The notes: generated by a model from the letters alone, not told the origin. A DNA stretch of 64,000 nt from an uncultured Christensenella sp. (GCA_949290565.1 CASESH010000002.1:928-64927); one strand, 5' to 3'. Positions 1 to 11,197 are shown, numbered from the stretch's first letter. Translations and numbers: made by a program.

Positions 1-196
1 AATTGAGTTTAAATCTTATTATTTAACATACAAAAATATAAGTTTATTTTTTTAAATAAATTTCATACTATTGTTATAGTTTAAAAAATTTTAGTCAAAA
101 AAAATAAAAGATTATAACAAACAAACTTTACTAATAAAAAAAAGAAAAAAACTTTACTAAAATGGCTTTTATTCCAACTTAGTAAAGTTTTTATTT

Positions 197-886
197 TTAT
201 TCTTCTTTATCAGGAATATCCTCTATTGGATTAACAGGTTTTCTATTTAAGTATTTTGCAATGTAGCATACAGCAAAACTAGATGCGATAGAGAATAAGG
301 CTCCAATTAATACGATTAAAAGAATATTACCAAAACTATGTAAACCCAAAGTACTTAAAACGACGTATATTACTGCGTGTAGAACACTAACAATTGAAGT
401 GCATACTGCTCTATTTAAATATTTTTTTTCTTGGAGAGCAACAAATTTTCCACTTATTAGACTTAGCACAAACAAAGATATACTGCAAGAAACAATTGTA
501 GAAACATAAGGCCCTAAAAATTCCCAAGACAAGAAAACAAGAGTATTTGTACTTGAATCAGCATATGCTGAAATAAAGAAAACTGAGATTACAAAGACAA
601 GAATTGATGACATTATCCAAATTGAAAGCCTTTTAAAATCATCTCTACCATACTTTTCATCTATAATCACAAGAGAGAAATATACTAATGGCATAAGTAC
701 ATATGTAATTGAAACGGGCAAGTTAAACATTTGTACAAGTGGTAAAAAGAAACCAATCATAATTGCTAAAATACTAAATAAGAAGAAACCACTTTTATTT
801 AAGAAACTATAAGAAACCCAAAGTCCTAAAAGTGCTATAACTAAGAATAGAAATATAGCAGACCAATGAATACCAATAAAAATCAT
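197..886 (-). CDS. multi-pass membrane protein, probably divergent VUT/YhhQ (queuosine-precursor transporter) family
   Basis: About 6 hydrophobic segments; FLNKSG and IIDEKYGRDD resemble the VUT 'FGK.G' and 'DilsE.YG' motifs; AAGGAG RBS. Confidence 0.5.
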   Translation of the reverse strand: MIFIGIHWSAIFLFLVIALLGLWVSYSFLNKSGFFLFSILAIMIGFFLPLVQMFNLPVSITYVLMPLVYFSLVIIDEKYGRDDFKRLSIWIMSSILVFVISVFFISAYADSSTNTLVFLSWEFLGPYVSTIVSCSISLFVLSLISGKFVALQEKKYLNRAVCTSIVSVLHAVIYVVLSTLGLHSFGNILLIVLIGALFSIASSFAVCYIAKYLNRKPVNPIEDIPDKEE

Positions 887-1337
887 TTTGACTCCTTTAT
901 AATGAACTTCACTATATTAGTATGAAAAAAAATGAATTTTGTCAACTAAAATGAAATAAAAATTAGAATATTAGTATAATTTTATAACTAATATAAGTAT
1001 TTTTAGTTTCTTTTAAAATAATTTTAATTAGAACTTTTTGTTTATTATAGTCTTAGACATATATATAATGTAATGCAAATTTAGTAACTCTATTTACTAA
1101 TAGTTATAAATAAATTCTTGTTTTAAAAATGTTTATCTCACCGAAGTTTAATACATAAAAAATTATAAAACGATATAAACAACTTAAAATTAGATACTTT
1201 AAAAAACAAACAGAGTTAAATAAAATTAAAAAAATAAAGTAAAATTGATAATTTAGAGATTACACAGTTAACAAAATATGATAAATAAAAATTTTATAAA
1301 AAAAGTTATACTATTAAGAGTAAGACAAATAAATATG

Positions 1338-2750
1338 TTATTTCACATTACATACTTTTATTGTATTTGTGTGTACGACTTCATCTAGTGGTAAACCCAA
1401 AGTAATGACAATGTCATCATTTTCTTTGCAAACTTTTATGGCTTTAACAATATCATTTGAAAAATCTAAAATCTCTTTAATACTATTTTGTTTTCTTGCA
1501 AGTACGGGAATAACACCCCAAGCGAGGGCTAATTTGTTATAAGTAAAAATGTCGTGAGTTATTGCGACAATAGGGGCTTTTGGTCTAAATTTAGAAATTT
1601 TTTCTGCTGTTTTTCCTTGGTCAGTAAAACAAACTATTGCTTTTGCACCTATTGCCCTAGCCGTAGCACAAGAAGAATATGCTATTACTTCAAGGTTTTT
1701 GTGTAAATTTTTATAACTTACTGCAAAGTCGTTATCATAGTTTACAACTTTTTCTGTTGCTAAGGCAATTTTTGTCATGGTAATTGCTGATTCAAAAGGA
1801 TAACTCCCAGAAGCAGTTTCGCCAGAAAGCATAGTTGCTCCTGCCTTATCATAGATTGCTTGTGAAACATCAGTAGTTTCAGCACGAGTTGGGCGACGTT
1901 TATATGTCATTGATTCTAGCATTTCTGTTGCAACAATTACCTTTTTTGAATATTCAATACACTTTTGAATCATATCTTTTTGAATTTGTGGAATATGTTC
2001 AATTGCAACTTCTGTTCCCATATCGCCTCTGGCAACCATTATACCATCGCTTACATTAATTATGCTATCAAGTTTATTTATTCCCTCCAAACTTTCTATT
2101 TTAGAAATTATTTCTTGTCTTCCTCCATATTTTTTTATACATTCCCTCATTTCTATGACATCTTCTGGCCTATTGACAAAAGAGGCAGAAATATATTCAA
2201 CATCATTTTTTGCAGCAAATTCAATATTTTTTTCATCCTTTTGACTTATAAATGGAAGTGGTAGTCTTACTCTTGGAATAAAAATACTTTTATGATTACT
2301 AATTTCACCACCAACAACAACTTTACATATTATATCTGTGTTTGTAACTTCTTTAATAACGAATTCAAGTAAACCGTTATTAGCAAAAATTTTTTGATTT
2401 TTTGTCAGTATTTTTAATAAAGAAGGATATGGACAATTTACAATATTTTCATCTCCTTCAACTTCTCTTGTTGAAAAAACAAACTCATGGTTCTTTACAA
2501 GGCAAACCTTACTATCTTTAAAAGTTCCGATTCTAAGTTCGGGACCACAGGTGTCAACCATTATTGCACAAGGAACACCTAAATCGTTTCTTGCTCTTTT
2601 TACATTGTCAAGTGTTTGTTGATGCCAATCTAAATCTCCATGACTCATATTAAGTCTTGCAACATTCATACCGGCTTTTAATAATTTTACTATTTCTTCG
2701 TACTTGCTGGTCGCTGGCCCTAGTGTACATACCATTTTTGTTTTTTTCAT
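1338..2750 (-). CDS. pyk: pyruvate kinase
   Basis: KTKMVCTLGPA, RLNMSHG, SKIES, MVARGDMG, PTRAE and MLSGETA motifs. Confidence 0.97.
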   Translation of the reverse strand: MKKTKMVCTLGPATSKYEEIVKLLKAGMNVARLNMSHGDLDWHQQTLDNVKRARNDLGVPCAIMVDTCGPELRIGTFKDSKVCLVKNHEFVFSTREVEGDENIVNCPYPSLLKILTKNQKIFANNGLLEFVIKEVTNTDIICKVVVGGEISNHKSIFIPRVRLPLPFISQKDEKNIEFAAKNDVEYISASFVNRPEDVIEMRECIKKYGGRQEIISKIESLEGINKLDSIINVSDGIMVARGDMGTEVAIEHIPQIQKDMIQKCIEYSKKVIVATEMLESMTYKRRPTRAETTDVSQAIYDKAGATMLSGETASGSYPFESAITMTKIALATEKVVNYDNDFAVSYKNLHKNLEVIAYSSCATARAIGAKAIVCFTDQGKTAEKISKFRPKAPIVAITHDIFTYNKLALAWGVIPVLARKQNSIKEILDFSNDIVKAIKVCKENDDIVITLGLPLDEVVHTNTIKVCNVK

Positions 2751-2923
2751 ACTTTTATTCTCCCACTTATTTTATAACATTTATATTATATATTTTTTAT
2801 TTTTTTTTATCTACTTTTTTTGTAGAAATTTTTAAAAAATACGCTAAAATTCAGTATTTTATTTTACAAATCTTAAAAAAATTTATATAATTATATCAAG
2901 TTAAATCAAAAAGAGGATTCTGT

Positions 2924-3511
2924 ATGAAAAAAGAATTAATTTATGAAGAAGTACTTTCTATGCTTAACGACCGCGTGGACTATAAGTCTATTACTTTGTC
3001 AGAAGTTGCAAAAAGATGTGGTATGGGTAAAAGCACTTTGTATGAATATTTTGAAAGTAAAGATGAAATGGTTTACAACAGTATTATCTTTTATCTTAAC
3101 CGCATGGTTAAGTTTTTCTCTGCTAGTTTTAAAATTTCGACTTTCAGGACTACTTTAAAAACTTTTATTAAGGCTATTATTATTACTATGAAGGCGAATT
3201 ATTGGATGGTTATGCCTTGGACTTTTTTAGATAATTATGCTCCTTTCTTTACCGAGGAAAATGCTGATACTATTACTGAAATGCTTTACAAGTGCAGAGA
3301 AGTTATTATTTCTCTCTTTTCTTCAATTTGCGAAAAGGGAGAGGAGGAAGGTACTCTTTATAAGATTGATGACCAAAATATTAATTTTGCGTTTAATGGT
3401 ATTATTGGTAGTCTTAGTGAGGAAATTGATGCCGACTATGATTTAGAAAGTGAGGACGCAAAATTATTTGTTGAAGATTTGTGTTCTTGTGTAGTTAAAC
3501 AGTTAAATTAA
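2924..3511 (+). CDS. TetR/AcrR family transcriptional regulator
   Basis: N-terminal HTH ITLSEVAKRCGMGKSTLYEYFESKDEM; GAGG RBS. Confidence 0.92.
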   Translation: MKKELIYEEVLSMLNDRVDYKSITLSEVAKRCGMGKSTLYEYFESKDEMVYNSIIFYLNRMVKFFSASFKISTFRTTLKTFIKAIIITMKANYWMVMPWTFLDNYAPFFTEENADTITEMLYKCREVIISLFSSICEKGEEEGTLYKIDDQNINFAFNGIIGSLSEEIDADYDLESEDAKLFVEDLCSCVVKQLN

Positions 3512-3519
3512 ATTTGTGT

Positions 3520-3602
3520 GGCGTACTATTAAAATTTGCTTTTTAAGCAAATTTTAGAAAATATGAAATATTTTCGAGCAACTTGTTGCTCAATAGTACG
3601 CC
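3520..3602. repeat. four-way-junction palindromic element E1
   Basis: Outer stem GGCGTACTATT/AATAGTACGCC; hairpins AAAATTTGCTT/AAGCAAATTTT, GAAAATAT/ATATTTTC, GAGCAAC/GTTGCTC. Confidence 0.9.
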
Positions 3603-3636
3603 GATTAATACAAAAAATATTTTGGGGAAATAGTTA

Positions 3637-6015
3637 ATGGAAAGATATGAAGTAAATAAAAATGTAAATTTAGAATTAGGGTTATCATCTTCACAAGTTA
3701 GTGAGAGGGTAAAAAACAAATTAGAAAACAAAACATACACAAAAACGTCAAAAACATATTTACAAATTTTTGTTTCGAACATTTTTACCTGGTTTAATAT
3801 AATATGTTTTTTAATAGCCGGGGTATTAATTGCTGTTGGCAGTTTTGAAAATATAACTTTCTTACTTATTTTCACTGCAAATTTGCTAATAGGATTAATT
3901 CAAGAGATTAGGGCAAAAAGAATGGTTGACAATATATCTGTTATATATAGCAATCAAGTTGAAGTTTTAAGAGATGGACAAAGGCAAAAAATAAAACTAG
4001 AAAGTGTTGTTGTTGATGATATCTTTTATATAAAAAATGGAGACCAGGTATGTTGCGACTGCGTCATTATTGATGGAAATGTTGAAGTAAATGAGAGTTT
4101 GTTGACAGGTGAAAGTAAGGCAATTAAGAAAACTAATGGAGACACTCTTTTAGGAGGTAGTTTTTTAGTAAGTGGCTCATGTAAAGTTATGGCGGTAAAA
4201 GTTGGCTTAGAAACTTATAGTTCAAAACTCATAAGAAAAGCAAGAGAATTAAAATCTAATCAAAGCGACATATTAAAAACGCTAAATTTTATAATTAAAA
4301 GTATTGGAATAATAATTGTTCCGCTTGGTATTCTTACTTTTTTTGATTTAAAAGCAAATCACGATATTGTCTATGCTATTGAAAAAACTTCTGGTTCTGT
4401 TATAGGAATGATGCCTGTTGGAATGTTTTTACTTACTAGTGTTTCTCTTGTTGTTGGAGTTATAAATCTTGCCAAACACAAGACACTTGTTCAAAATTTA
4501 TACAGTATAGAAATGTTAGCAAGAGCAAATGTATTGTGTCTAGATAAAACAGGAACGCTTACTGATGGAACAATGTCTATAAAAAGTGTTTTACCATTAA
4601 AGTCAAAGACTGATGAGATTTATAAAATTATGCAAAGTTATGTTAGAGCAAACAAGACAGAGAATTCAACTTCAAAAGCATTGGCAAGTTATTTTTGGGC
4701 AGAAGAAAAAGATATTGAAAAACCCCTTAATTTAGTTGAGTTTAGTAGTGAAAGAAAATTTTCTGCTGTTGAATTTAAAAATCTTGGAACATTTATGCTT
4801 GGCGCTCCTGAATTTGTAACAAATAAGTTAGATGATGAGATAAGGGCGACTATTAAAGATTTTACAAAAGAAGGGTATAGAGTTTTACTTCTTTGCAAAA
4901 GTAGAGCAAAAAATATAAGTGAAAAAATCTCAAAAAATAATACTCCTATGGCTTTAATCACTATTGAAGACAATATAAGGCCAGATGCAAAGTCAACTAT
5001 TGAGTGGTTCAATAATAATGATGTTGAGATTAAAATTATTTCTGGCGACAACGTTGACACTGTAAGTAATATTAGTAGAAAAGTAGGAATTAAAAACTAC
5101 GATAAATGTATAAGTCTAGAAAAATTAAGTGATGAAGAAGTGGAGAAAGTTGCTAATGAATATACAGTTTTTGGTAGAGTAACGCCTGAACAAAAGGCCA
5201 TAATCGTTAAGGCTCTTAGAAAAAATGGAAATAAAGTCGCAATGACCGGAGACGGAGTTAATGACATTTTGGCACTTAAAGAATCTGACTGTTCTATTGC
5301 AATGGCAAGTGGAAGCGAAGCAACTAGGAGTTCTAGTAACTTAATTATGCTAGAAAATAACTTTTCTGCAATGCCTTGTATTGTGGCAGAGGGAAGGCGT
5401 GTAATAAACAATATTTCAAAAGCGTCCTCTTTGTTTTTGACTAAAACATTCTTCTCAATTTTCTTGACTATTTTTGTTATTATTTCAACTAAATATGAAT
5501 ATCCTCTACAACCAAATCAAATCTTATTATGGGAAACCTTGTTTATTGGAATACCAGCCTTCTTCTTAGCACTTCAACCAAATAAAGATAGAATAAAAGG
5601 TTCTTTCTTAGCAAGTCTATCTTCTAAGGCTTTACCTGGTGCAATCGTTTTGTTTTTGAGCACAATTGCCTGCTATATTTACTGTAATATAATTAATATG
5701 GAAGAATTAATACCTACTTTGATTTCTTATTCAGTTACTTTTGGGGCTTTCTTTATTTTACTTAATCTTTGCCAACCTTTTGATAAGTACAGAACAATTA
5801 TGTTATTTAGTTTGTTAGGTGTTTGTATTTTAGGTTTTGTAATTATTTCTAATGATTTCTTTAACTATTCAAGTTTAACGCTTGCTAACTATGGTTTCTT
5901 AATTGGCAACTTGGTATTTATTTATCTATCTTACTTGTTATTAAAGTTTGTTTTTGAAAAAATATTTATAACAATAAAGAACAATAAAAAACAAAAGAGC
6001 AAAGAAAATAATTAA
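3637..6015 (+). CDS. cation-transporting P-type ATPase (CtpE-like)
   Basis: TGES, DKTGT, ISGDN and TGDGVND motifs; atypical M4 segment GMMPVG; multiple TM helices. Confidence 0.93.
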   Translation: MERYEVNKNVNLELGLSSSQVSERVKNKLENKTYTKTSKTYLQIFVSNIFTWFNIICFLIAGVLIAVGSFENITFLLIFTANLLIGLIQEIRAKRMVDNISVIYSNQVEVLRDGQRQKIKLESVVVDDIFYIKNGDQVCCDCVIIDGNVEVNESLLTGESKAIKKTNGDTLLGGSFLVSGSCKVMAVKVGLETYSSKLIRKARELKSNQSDILKTLNFIIKSIGIIIVPLGILTFFDLKANHDIVYAIEKTSGSVIGMMPVGMFLLTSVSLVVGVINLAKHKTLVQNLYSIEMLARANVLCLDKTGTLTDGTMSIKSVLPLKSKTDEIYKIMQSYVRANKTENSTSKALASYFWAEEKDIEKPLNLVEFSSERKFSAVEFKNLGTFMLGAPEFVTNKLDDEIRATIKDFTKEGYRVLLLCKSRAKNISEKISKNNTPMALITIEDNIRPDAKSTIEWFNNNDVEIKIISGDNVDTVSNISRKVGIKNYDKCISLEKLSDEEVEKVANEYTVFGRVTPEQKAIIVKALRKNGNKVAMTGDGVNDILALKESDCSIAMASGSEATRSSSNLIMLENNFSAMPCIVAEGRRVINNISKASSLFLTKTFFSIFLTIFVIISTKYEYPLQPNQILLWETLFIGIPAFFLALQPNKDRIKGSFLASLSSKALPGAIVLFLSTIACYIYCNIINMEELIPTLISYSVTFGAFFILLNLCQPFDKYRTIMLFSLLGVCILGFVIISNDFFNYSSLTLANYGFLIGNLVFIYLSYLLLKFVFEKIFITIKNNKKQKSKENN

Positions 6016-6041
6016 CCTCTTTAAATGAAAAAATTTATATT

Positions 6042-6079
6042 GACCTCAGCAATGAAAATTTTTATTGTTGAGGTTTTTT
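6042..6079 (+). terminator. intrinsic terminator after the ATPase
   Basis: ACCTCAGCAATGAAA/TTTTATTGTTGAGGT hairpin plus T-tract. Confidence 0.75.
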
Positions 6080-6184
6080 ATAAAGTTTTAATAAATAAAA
6101 TTTATTTATAATTTTTTTCATTTTATATTTTAGAAAACTAAAAATTGTTTAGTATTTAGTGTAAAAAATTTATTTAAAAATTAC

Positions 6185-6213
6185 TTGAAAAAATAAAAAA
6201 AACGTTGTATAAT
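6185..6213 (+). promoter_or_regulatory. sigma-A promoter of tRNA-Val
   Basis: TTGAAA-N17-TATAAT, 22 nt upstream of the tRNA. Confidence 0.75.
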
Positions 6214-6235
6214 ATCTTATATTAATATTTTAATT

Positions 6236-6311
6236 GGGCAATTAACTCAGTTGGTAGAGTGTCACTTTGACGTAGTGAAAGTCAGGAGTTCGAGTCTCTT
6301 ATTGCCCACCA
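6236..6311 (+). tRNA. tRNA-Val(GAC)
   Basis: 76 nt cloverleaf, GGGCAAT/ATTGCCC acceptor, TCACT-TTGACGT-AGTGA anticodon arm, GTTCGAG T-loop, encoded CCA. Confidence 0.96.
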
Positions 6312-6746
6312 AAAATAGCACCTTTTAGGTGTTTTTTTTAATAATTAATTTTTAATTTTTTAAACATAGTGATTTTAATAATTAATTGTATTAGAGTTTT
6401 TTAATTTATTTATTTTTAACATATAAAAAAAGACTAATTAGTTTTTAATTTAGTTAATATTTTGTTAGGTATATTAGTTATAATATAAAAACTAAAAAAT
6501 TAATTTTTTTAAATTGAAAATTTAATTTAGTTGACATTAAGTCTTTTTTAATAATTTCAAAATATTCTTTAAAAAATTTATCTTTTATTTTTTTATTTTT
6601 TAAAAACTTTTATGTTCTATTATTTTTTAAACTTGCTTTTTAGTTTAATGTTTATGTAATAACTAACTTTTTAAAAAGATAACATAAATTTATTTAACAA
6701 GTTTGACTAAATTTCTTAATTATGACAAAATAGTTAAGGTGATATT

Positions 6747-7247
6747 ATGTATAACGAATTAACTGAAAAAGATATAAAAAAAATGCAAGAAGAAATTGAT
6801 TATAGAATTACAGTCGTTAGGCCAAAGATAAATCAAGAGATTCAAAACGCAAGAGAATATGGTGATTTAAGTGAAAACGCAGAGTATCACGCAGCGAGAA
6901 AAGAAAAAGGTAAAAATGAAGGTAGAATTGACTATCTTAAACAGATGATTAGAACGGCTAAAATAGTTGAGTTAAATGAAAATAAAGATGAAGTTGGCAT
7001 CTTTGATAAAGTAAAGGTTTTGTTTGAAGAAGATAATCAAGTTGAACAAATTCAAATTTCTACTACTATGAGGACAGATACTACAAAAGGGATTATTAGT
7101 AAAGAGTCTCCATTTGGAAAAGCAATCTTAGGCAAAAAAGTAGGAGATAGAATTAAGGTTGTAGTAAACAGTGATTATAGTTATTTTGTAAAAATTATTT
7201 CAATAGAAAAAAGCAAAGATGACATTGATTTGCCCCTAACTAGATAG
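6747..7247 (+). CDS. greA: transcription elongation factor GreA
   Basis: AREYGDLSENAEYHAA and ISKESPFGKAILGKKVGD. Confidence 0.93.
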   Translation: MYNELTEKDIKKMQEEIDYRITVVRPKINQEIQNAREYGDLSENAEYHAARKEKGKNEGRIDYLKQMIRTAKIVELNENKDEVGIFDKVKVLFEEDNQVEQIQISTTMRTDTTKGIISKESPFGKAILGKKVGDRIKVVVNSDYSYFVKIISIEKSKDDIDLPLTR

Positions 7248-7309
7248 TAAATCATTTGACTTTATTCATTAAATAGTAGATAATAAATTTGTTAAAAGGA
7301 GAATTTTTT

Positions 7310-7849
7310 ATGGAAAATAAATATAAAGGAACTAAGACTGAGGAAAATTTAAGGGCTGCTTTTGCTGGGGAAAGTCAAGCAAGAAATAAATATACATATT
7401 TTGCTTCTGTTGCAAAAAAAGAGGGCTTTGAACAAATTGCTAGTATTTTTGAGCAAACTGCAAATAACGAAAAAGAACACGCTAAACTTTGGTTTAAGGA
7501 ACTTGGAGAATTAAATCAAACGGCTAAAAACTTGGAAGAAGCAGCAAGTGGCGAGAATTACGAATGGACCGATATGTATGATGGCTTTGCAAAAACTGCC
7601 GAGGAGGAGGGTTTCCCTGAACTTGCTAAAAAGTTCAGAGGAGTTGCTGAAATCGAGAAAAGACACGAAGAAAGATATAGACAACTTCTAAAAAATGTTG
7701 AAACTAAACAAGTTTTTGAAAGAAGTGAAATAAAAGTTTGGGAGTGTAGAAATTGTGGGCATATTGTTGTTGGCAAGAAAGCCCCTGAGGTTTGCCCTGT
7801 TTGTGCTCATCCACAAAGTTATTTCGAACTTCATTGCGATAATTTTTAA
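7310..7849 (+). CDS. rbr: rubrerythrin
   Basis: [20 protein letters not shown] and C-terminal CRNC/CPVC; start set to the ATG after the AAGGAG RBS. Confidence 0.95.
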   Translation: MENKYKGTKTEENLRAAFAGESQARNKYTYFASVAKKEGFEQIASIFEQTANNEKEHAKLWFKELGELNQTAKNLEEAASGENYEWTDMYDGFAKTAEEEGFPELAKKFRGVAEIEKRHEERYRQLLKNVETKQVFERSEIKVWECRNCGHIVVGKKAPEVCPVCAHPQSYFELHCDNF

Positions 7850-7859
7850 TATTAATATA

Positions 7860-7891
7860 AAAAAGGTTAGTATCAAATACTAACCTTTTTT
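7860..7891. terminator. intrinsic terminator (symmetric)
   Basis: AAAAAGGTTAGTAT/ATACTAACCTTTTT hairpin. Confidence 0.8.
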
Positions 7892-8178
7892 AGTACTCTA
7901 TATTGATTTTTATAGGAATAGAATTTGTAATTTCTATATTAATTTTATTTGAAAGTAGTTTTTTATATTGCGATTGTATTAAATAGTTTCCAAAAGGCAC
8001 GTTAATTTTTACTATTCCATTTTTTGTTTTTAAAAAAAACATATTATGAGTTTTTAGATTTTTTAAAATTATGATTGCGTCAAGTTGTTTAAATTTTTCT
8101 ATTAAACTTATTTTAGTACATTTTATTTGGCGACAAATTTTATTACAAAAATTAATGCAACAATAATTACAATACTTT

Positions 8179-8718
8179 TTGTTAGAATTCTTTATAAATA
8201 TTTCCTTTTTTGTTACAACTAGAATTAATGTGCCATACCCACTATCAAAACTTAAATTAATTTGTTGTTCTTCATTCCTTAAAATTTTTTTACCTCTTAT
8301 TGCAGGTTTGTTAGGAGAAATAATTGCTTTAATAAATATTTTTATTATTGGAAACCAAGTTGAACAAAATATTTTTCATAATGTTACTAACGGAATAATG
8401 TATGGGTTTTCTGCCGTTGGAACTTTTTCTTTTGCAAAAGAAATAAAATCTTTTTACTATGATAAAAAAAACCAAAAAATGATTGAACAGGAAAAAATAA
8501 TAAGTGAAAAAACAAAGAATATTTTTAATCAGTTAATTAAACAACAAAATAAAGATGATACACAAAACGAGAACTTAATTAGCAAAGAAAATGAAACAGA
8601 AGTTGTTGAGGATTTAAATAAGAAAGAAAATGACAATTTGCTAGATTTACAAAATAAAAAGCAAAATTATATAGATGAAAATTTAATAGAAAAAATAAAG
8701 TATGATTTTATAAAGTAA
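8179..8718 (+). CDS. hypothetical protein (2 TM plus charged tail); start uncertain, possibly a 5'-eroded remnant
   Basis: 179-aa open frame with TTG start and no RBS. Confidence 0.4.
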   Translation: MLEFFINISFFVTTRINVPYPLSKLKLICCSSFLKIFLPLIAGLLGEIIALINIFIIGNQVEQNIFHNVTNGIMYGFSAVGTFSFAKEIKSFYYDKKNQKMIEQEKIISEKTKNIFNQLIKQQNKDDTQNENLISKENETEVVEDLNKKENDNLLDLQNKKQNYIDENLIEKIKYDFIK

Positions 8719-8813
8719 ATTAAGGATGAATTAGATAAAAATTAAATTTTATTTTGTTTTTCGATTTGACATATTTTCTTTAAAAATATAAAATCTTTTA
8801 TAAAGAAAGAAAT

Positions 8814-9923
8814 ATGGTTAAAAAAAATAATTTCTTAAGAATTTTTTTAAAAACAATTGCTTTAATTTTAGCGATTATTATTTTAGTCGTAGGTGGCTAT
8901 ATTGTTTATGTTTGCGTTCAATATTACAGAATTGAAGACAATAAAGTTATTACAATTAATAATAATCAATCTAATCTTGTTTCATTAAATCAAGAAATAT
9001 CTATTTCTACCTATAACATAGGTTTTGGCGCATATTCACAAGACTTCTCTTTCTTTATGGACAGTGGTGAAACGTTAGATGGTAAAATACTCCAAGGAAC
9101 AGGAAGCGTTGCTAAAAATTTACAAACTGTTTTAAACAATACCTCCGGAGCCGTTAATGTGATAAAGGAATTGAATACAGACTTTATGTTCTTTCAAGAA
9201 GTTGATGTAAATGCAACAAGAAGTTATTATTACAATCAATATAAGTACATTCAAGATAGTTTTAAGGATTACTCTAATTCAATTTCTATGAATTTTCATA
9301 GCGCCTTCTTAATGTATCCTATTTTTAATCCTCATGGTAAATCAGACGCTGGTATTGTTACTTTAAGTAAGTATAATATCTCAAATGCTGTACGTAGGAG
9401 TTTACCTATTGATGAGAGTTTTCCAAATAAATTCTTTGACCTCGATAGGTGCTTTCAAATTAACTATTTACCGATAGAAAATTCAGATAAACAACTTGTC
9501 CTTATTAATATTCATATGAGTGCTTATGATGAGGGTGGAAAGATTAGAGCAAAACAACTTGAAATGTTAAATTCAGTCTTGAAAGAAGAAAGTCAAAAAG
9601 ATAATTATGTTATAGTTGGTGGAGACTTTAATCATGATATTGCTAATTCAGTTGGGATTTTTCCAACAAATAGAAAACAGCCTGAGTGGGTCTTTCAGTT
9701 GTCTAATGAAGATTTAACAAGCGGCTACTCTTGGGCTTCAAGTCTAAACGCTCCAACTTGTAGGTCTAGTGATACGGGCTATATTCAAGGCGAGTCCTAT
9801 CTTGTTGTTATTGATGGATTTATTGTTTCTTCTAATATAGAAGTTGTTAATGTACAAAATATTGACACTCAATTTATGTTTTCTGACCATAATCCTGCTA
9901 GAATGACTTTTAAATTAATTTAA
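8814..9923 (+). CDS. membrane-anchored endonuclease/exonuclease/phosphatase (EEP) family protein
   Basis: TYNIGF, FQEVD, GGDFN, IDGF and SDHNP motifs; N-terminal TM. Confidence 0.92.
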   Translation: MVKKNNFLRIFLKTIALILAIIILVVGGYIVYVCVQYYRIEDNKVITINNNQSNLVSLNQEISISTYNIGFGAYSQDFSFFMDSGETLDGKILQGTGSVAKNLQTVLNNTSGAVNVIKELNTDFMFFQEVDVNATRSYYYNQYKYIQDSFKDYSNSISMNFHSAFLMYPIFNPHGKSDAGIVTLSKYNISNAVRRSLPIDESFPNKFFDLDRCFQINYLPIENSDKQLVLINIHMSAYDEGGKIRAKQLEMLNSVLKEESQKDNYVIVGGDFNHDIANSVGIFPTNRKQPEWVFQLSNEDLTSGYSWASSLNAPTCRSSDTGYIQGESYLVVIDGFIVSSNIEVVNVQNIDTQFMFSDHNPARMTFKLI

Positions 9924-9944
9924 AAGTTTGTAGTTTTTAATGAG

Positions 9945-10024
9945 GCACTTTGTGCAAAAGTTTCACTTTTGCGTGAAATTTTAATTTCACGGTAAAAATT
10001 GAAAATTTTTACAGCACAAAGTGC
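9945..10024. repeat. four-way-junction palindromic element E2 (reverse arm order)
   Basis: Outer GCACTTTGTGC/GCACAAAGTGC; hairpins AAAAGT/ACTTTT, CGTGAAATT/AATTTCACG, GTAAAAATT/AATTTTTAC; followed by a T-tract. Confidence 0.9.
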
Positions 10025-10165
10025 TTTTTTTATAAACATTTTTGTATAGAATAAGTTTTTTATTTTAATATTTTACAAAATTGATTTTAAAATTCTTCAT
10101 TTAAATCATTTTAATTTAAATAATAAAAACATAAGAATTGAATATAATAAATTAAGGAGGTTGAA

Positions 10166-10651
10166 ATGGAGAAAAAGAAAACTTTAAACAAATCAATATT
10201 TAGTATTTTACTCGCTATTTTTTTGATTGGTATTATATCCTTAATGTTAGGGTGTAACGATGAAAATAATACGCAAAGATTATTTGTCTATAATACAAAA
10301 AATATGACAGATGAGCAAATTACAACTTACTTTTCACAAAGTGTTTTACAAGATGTTAAAGCAGATAATAGAAATAGAACAATCATTATTTATAAGATTG
10401 ATGAAAGTATTCCAGAACAAGCCGAAATCAAATATAAATTATATCAAGGAGAACAAGTTTATGATAACTTAAATCAGTATGTTGATGAAGATGCTCCTGA
10501 TGTTGAAAGAACATTTAAAATAATGATAGGTTGGGATGAAGTCGATTTAAACAAAACTTGGACAGTTGAAATATATTATATGAATGGCGAGCAGAGGGTA
10601 GAACTTGCAAGCACAAACATTTTTGTAGATGCACAAGAATTTACAAAATAG
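10166..10651 (+). CDS. hypothetical lipoprotein
   Basis: Signal peptide with lipobox MLGC; AAGGAGG RBS. Confidence 0.75.
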   Translation: MEKKKTLNKSIFSILLAIFLIGIISLMLGCNDENNTQRLFVYNTKNMTDEQITTYFSQSVLQDVKADNRNRTIIIYKIDESIPEQAEIKYKLYQGEQVYDNLNQYVDEDAPDVERTFKIMIGWDEVDLNKTWTVEIYYMNGEQRVELASTNIFVDAQEFTK

Positions 10652-10751
10652 TAGAAAAACTCTTACTTATAAAAAAAGTAAGAGATTTTTTTAATATTGA
10701 CTTATATTGGTCTTTCTATTATAAATTAGAAAAATAAGAGAGAGTAGTTGT

Positions 10752-10990
10752 ATGAGTGAATTTGATAAAATTTTTGTTATGAAGCCGAGAAAGGTGAGTT
10801 AATTCAAATTTGCGATGTTTTAAAGAGATTGGACGAATATAAACAGTTGGGAGTTAAATCTCCAAGAGGTATAATTTTGGAAGGTGTTCCTGGTGTTGGA
10901 AAAACGTTAATGGCTTGGTCGTTTATTAAAGAGAGTAAGTTAAAGTATTTTCATTGCAAAAAAGATAATACTATTTTTGTATTATCTTAG
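10752..10990 (+). pseudogene. FtsH-like AAA ATPase fragment, frameshifted and truncated
   Basis: MSEFDKIF, frameshift, then YEAEKGELIQICDVLKRLDEYKQLGVKSPRGIILEGVPGVGKTLMA (Walker A); runs into the duplicated tRNA terminator. Confidence 0.85.
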
Positions 10991-11028
10991 TTTTTGGTGG
11001 AGGGTCTTAGGACTCGAACCCTGGACCC
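10958..11028 (-). repeat. direct duplicate of the tRNA-Lys 3' half plus its terminator (att-like)
   Basis: AAAAAAGATAATACTATTTTTGTATTATCTTAGTTTTTGGTGGA...GGACTCGAACCCTGGACCC is repeated at 11161-11230. Confidence 0.9.
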
Positions 11029-11197
11029 GGGTAAAAACATTCGCTTATGTCTATTTGCTAAACGCAAAATAGGACTTTAACGCTCAGTTTTTACTTTTAT
11101 CTCAAAAATTTCACTTCGTTGCTATTTTTGAGAACTCTATCAGTGGGTCCATATTAATAAAAAAAAGATAATACTATTTTTGTATTATCTTAGTTTT

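Noticed and set aside
7895-8178. Possible eroded 5' part of the 8179 gene
   Set aside because: Looks faintly coding, but no recognisable motif or consistent frame could be established.
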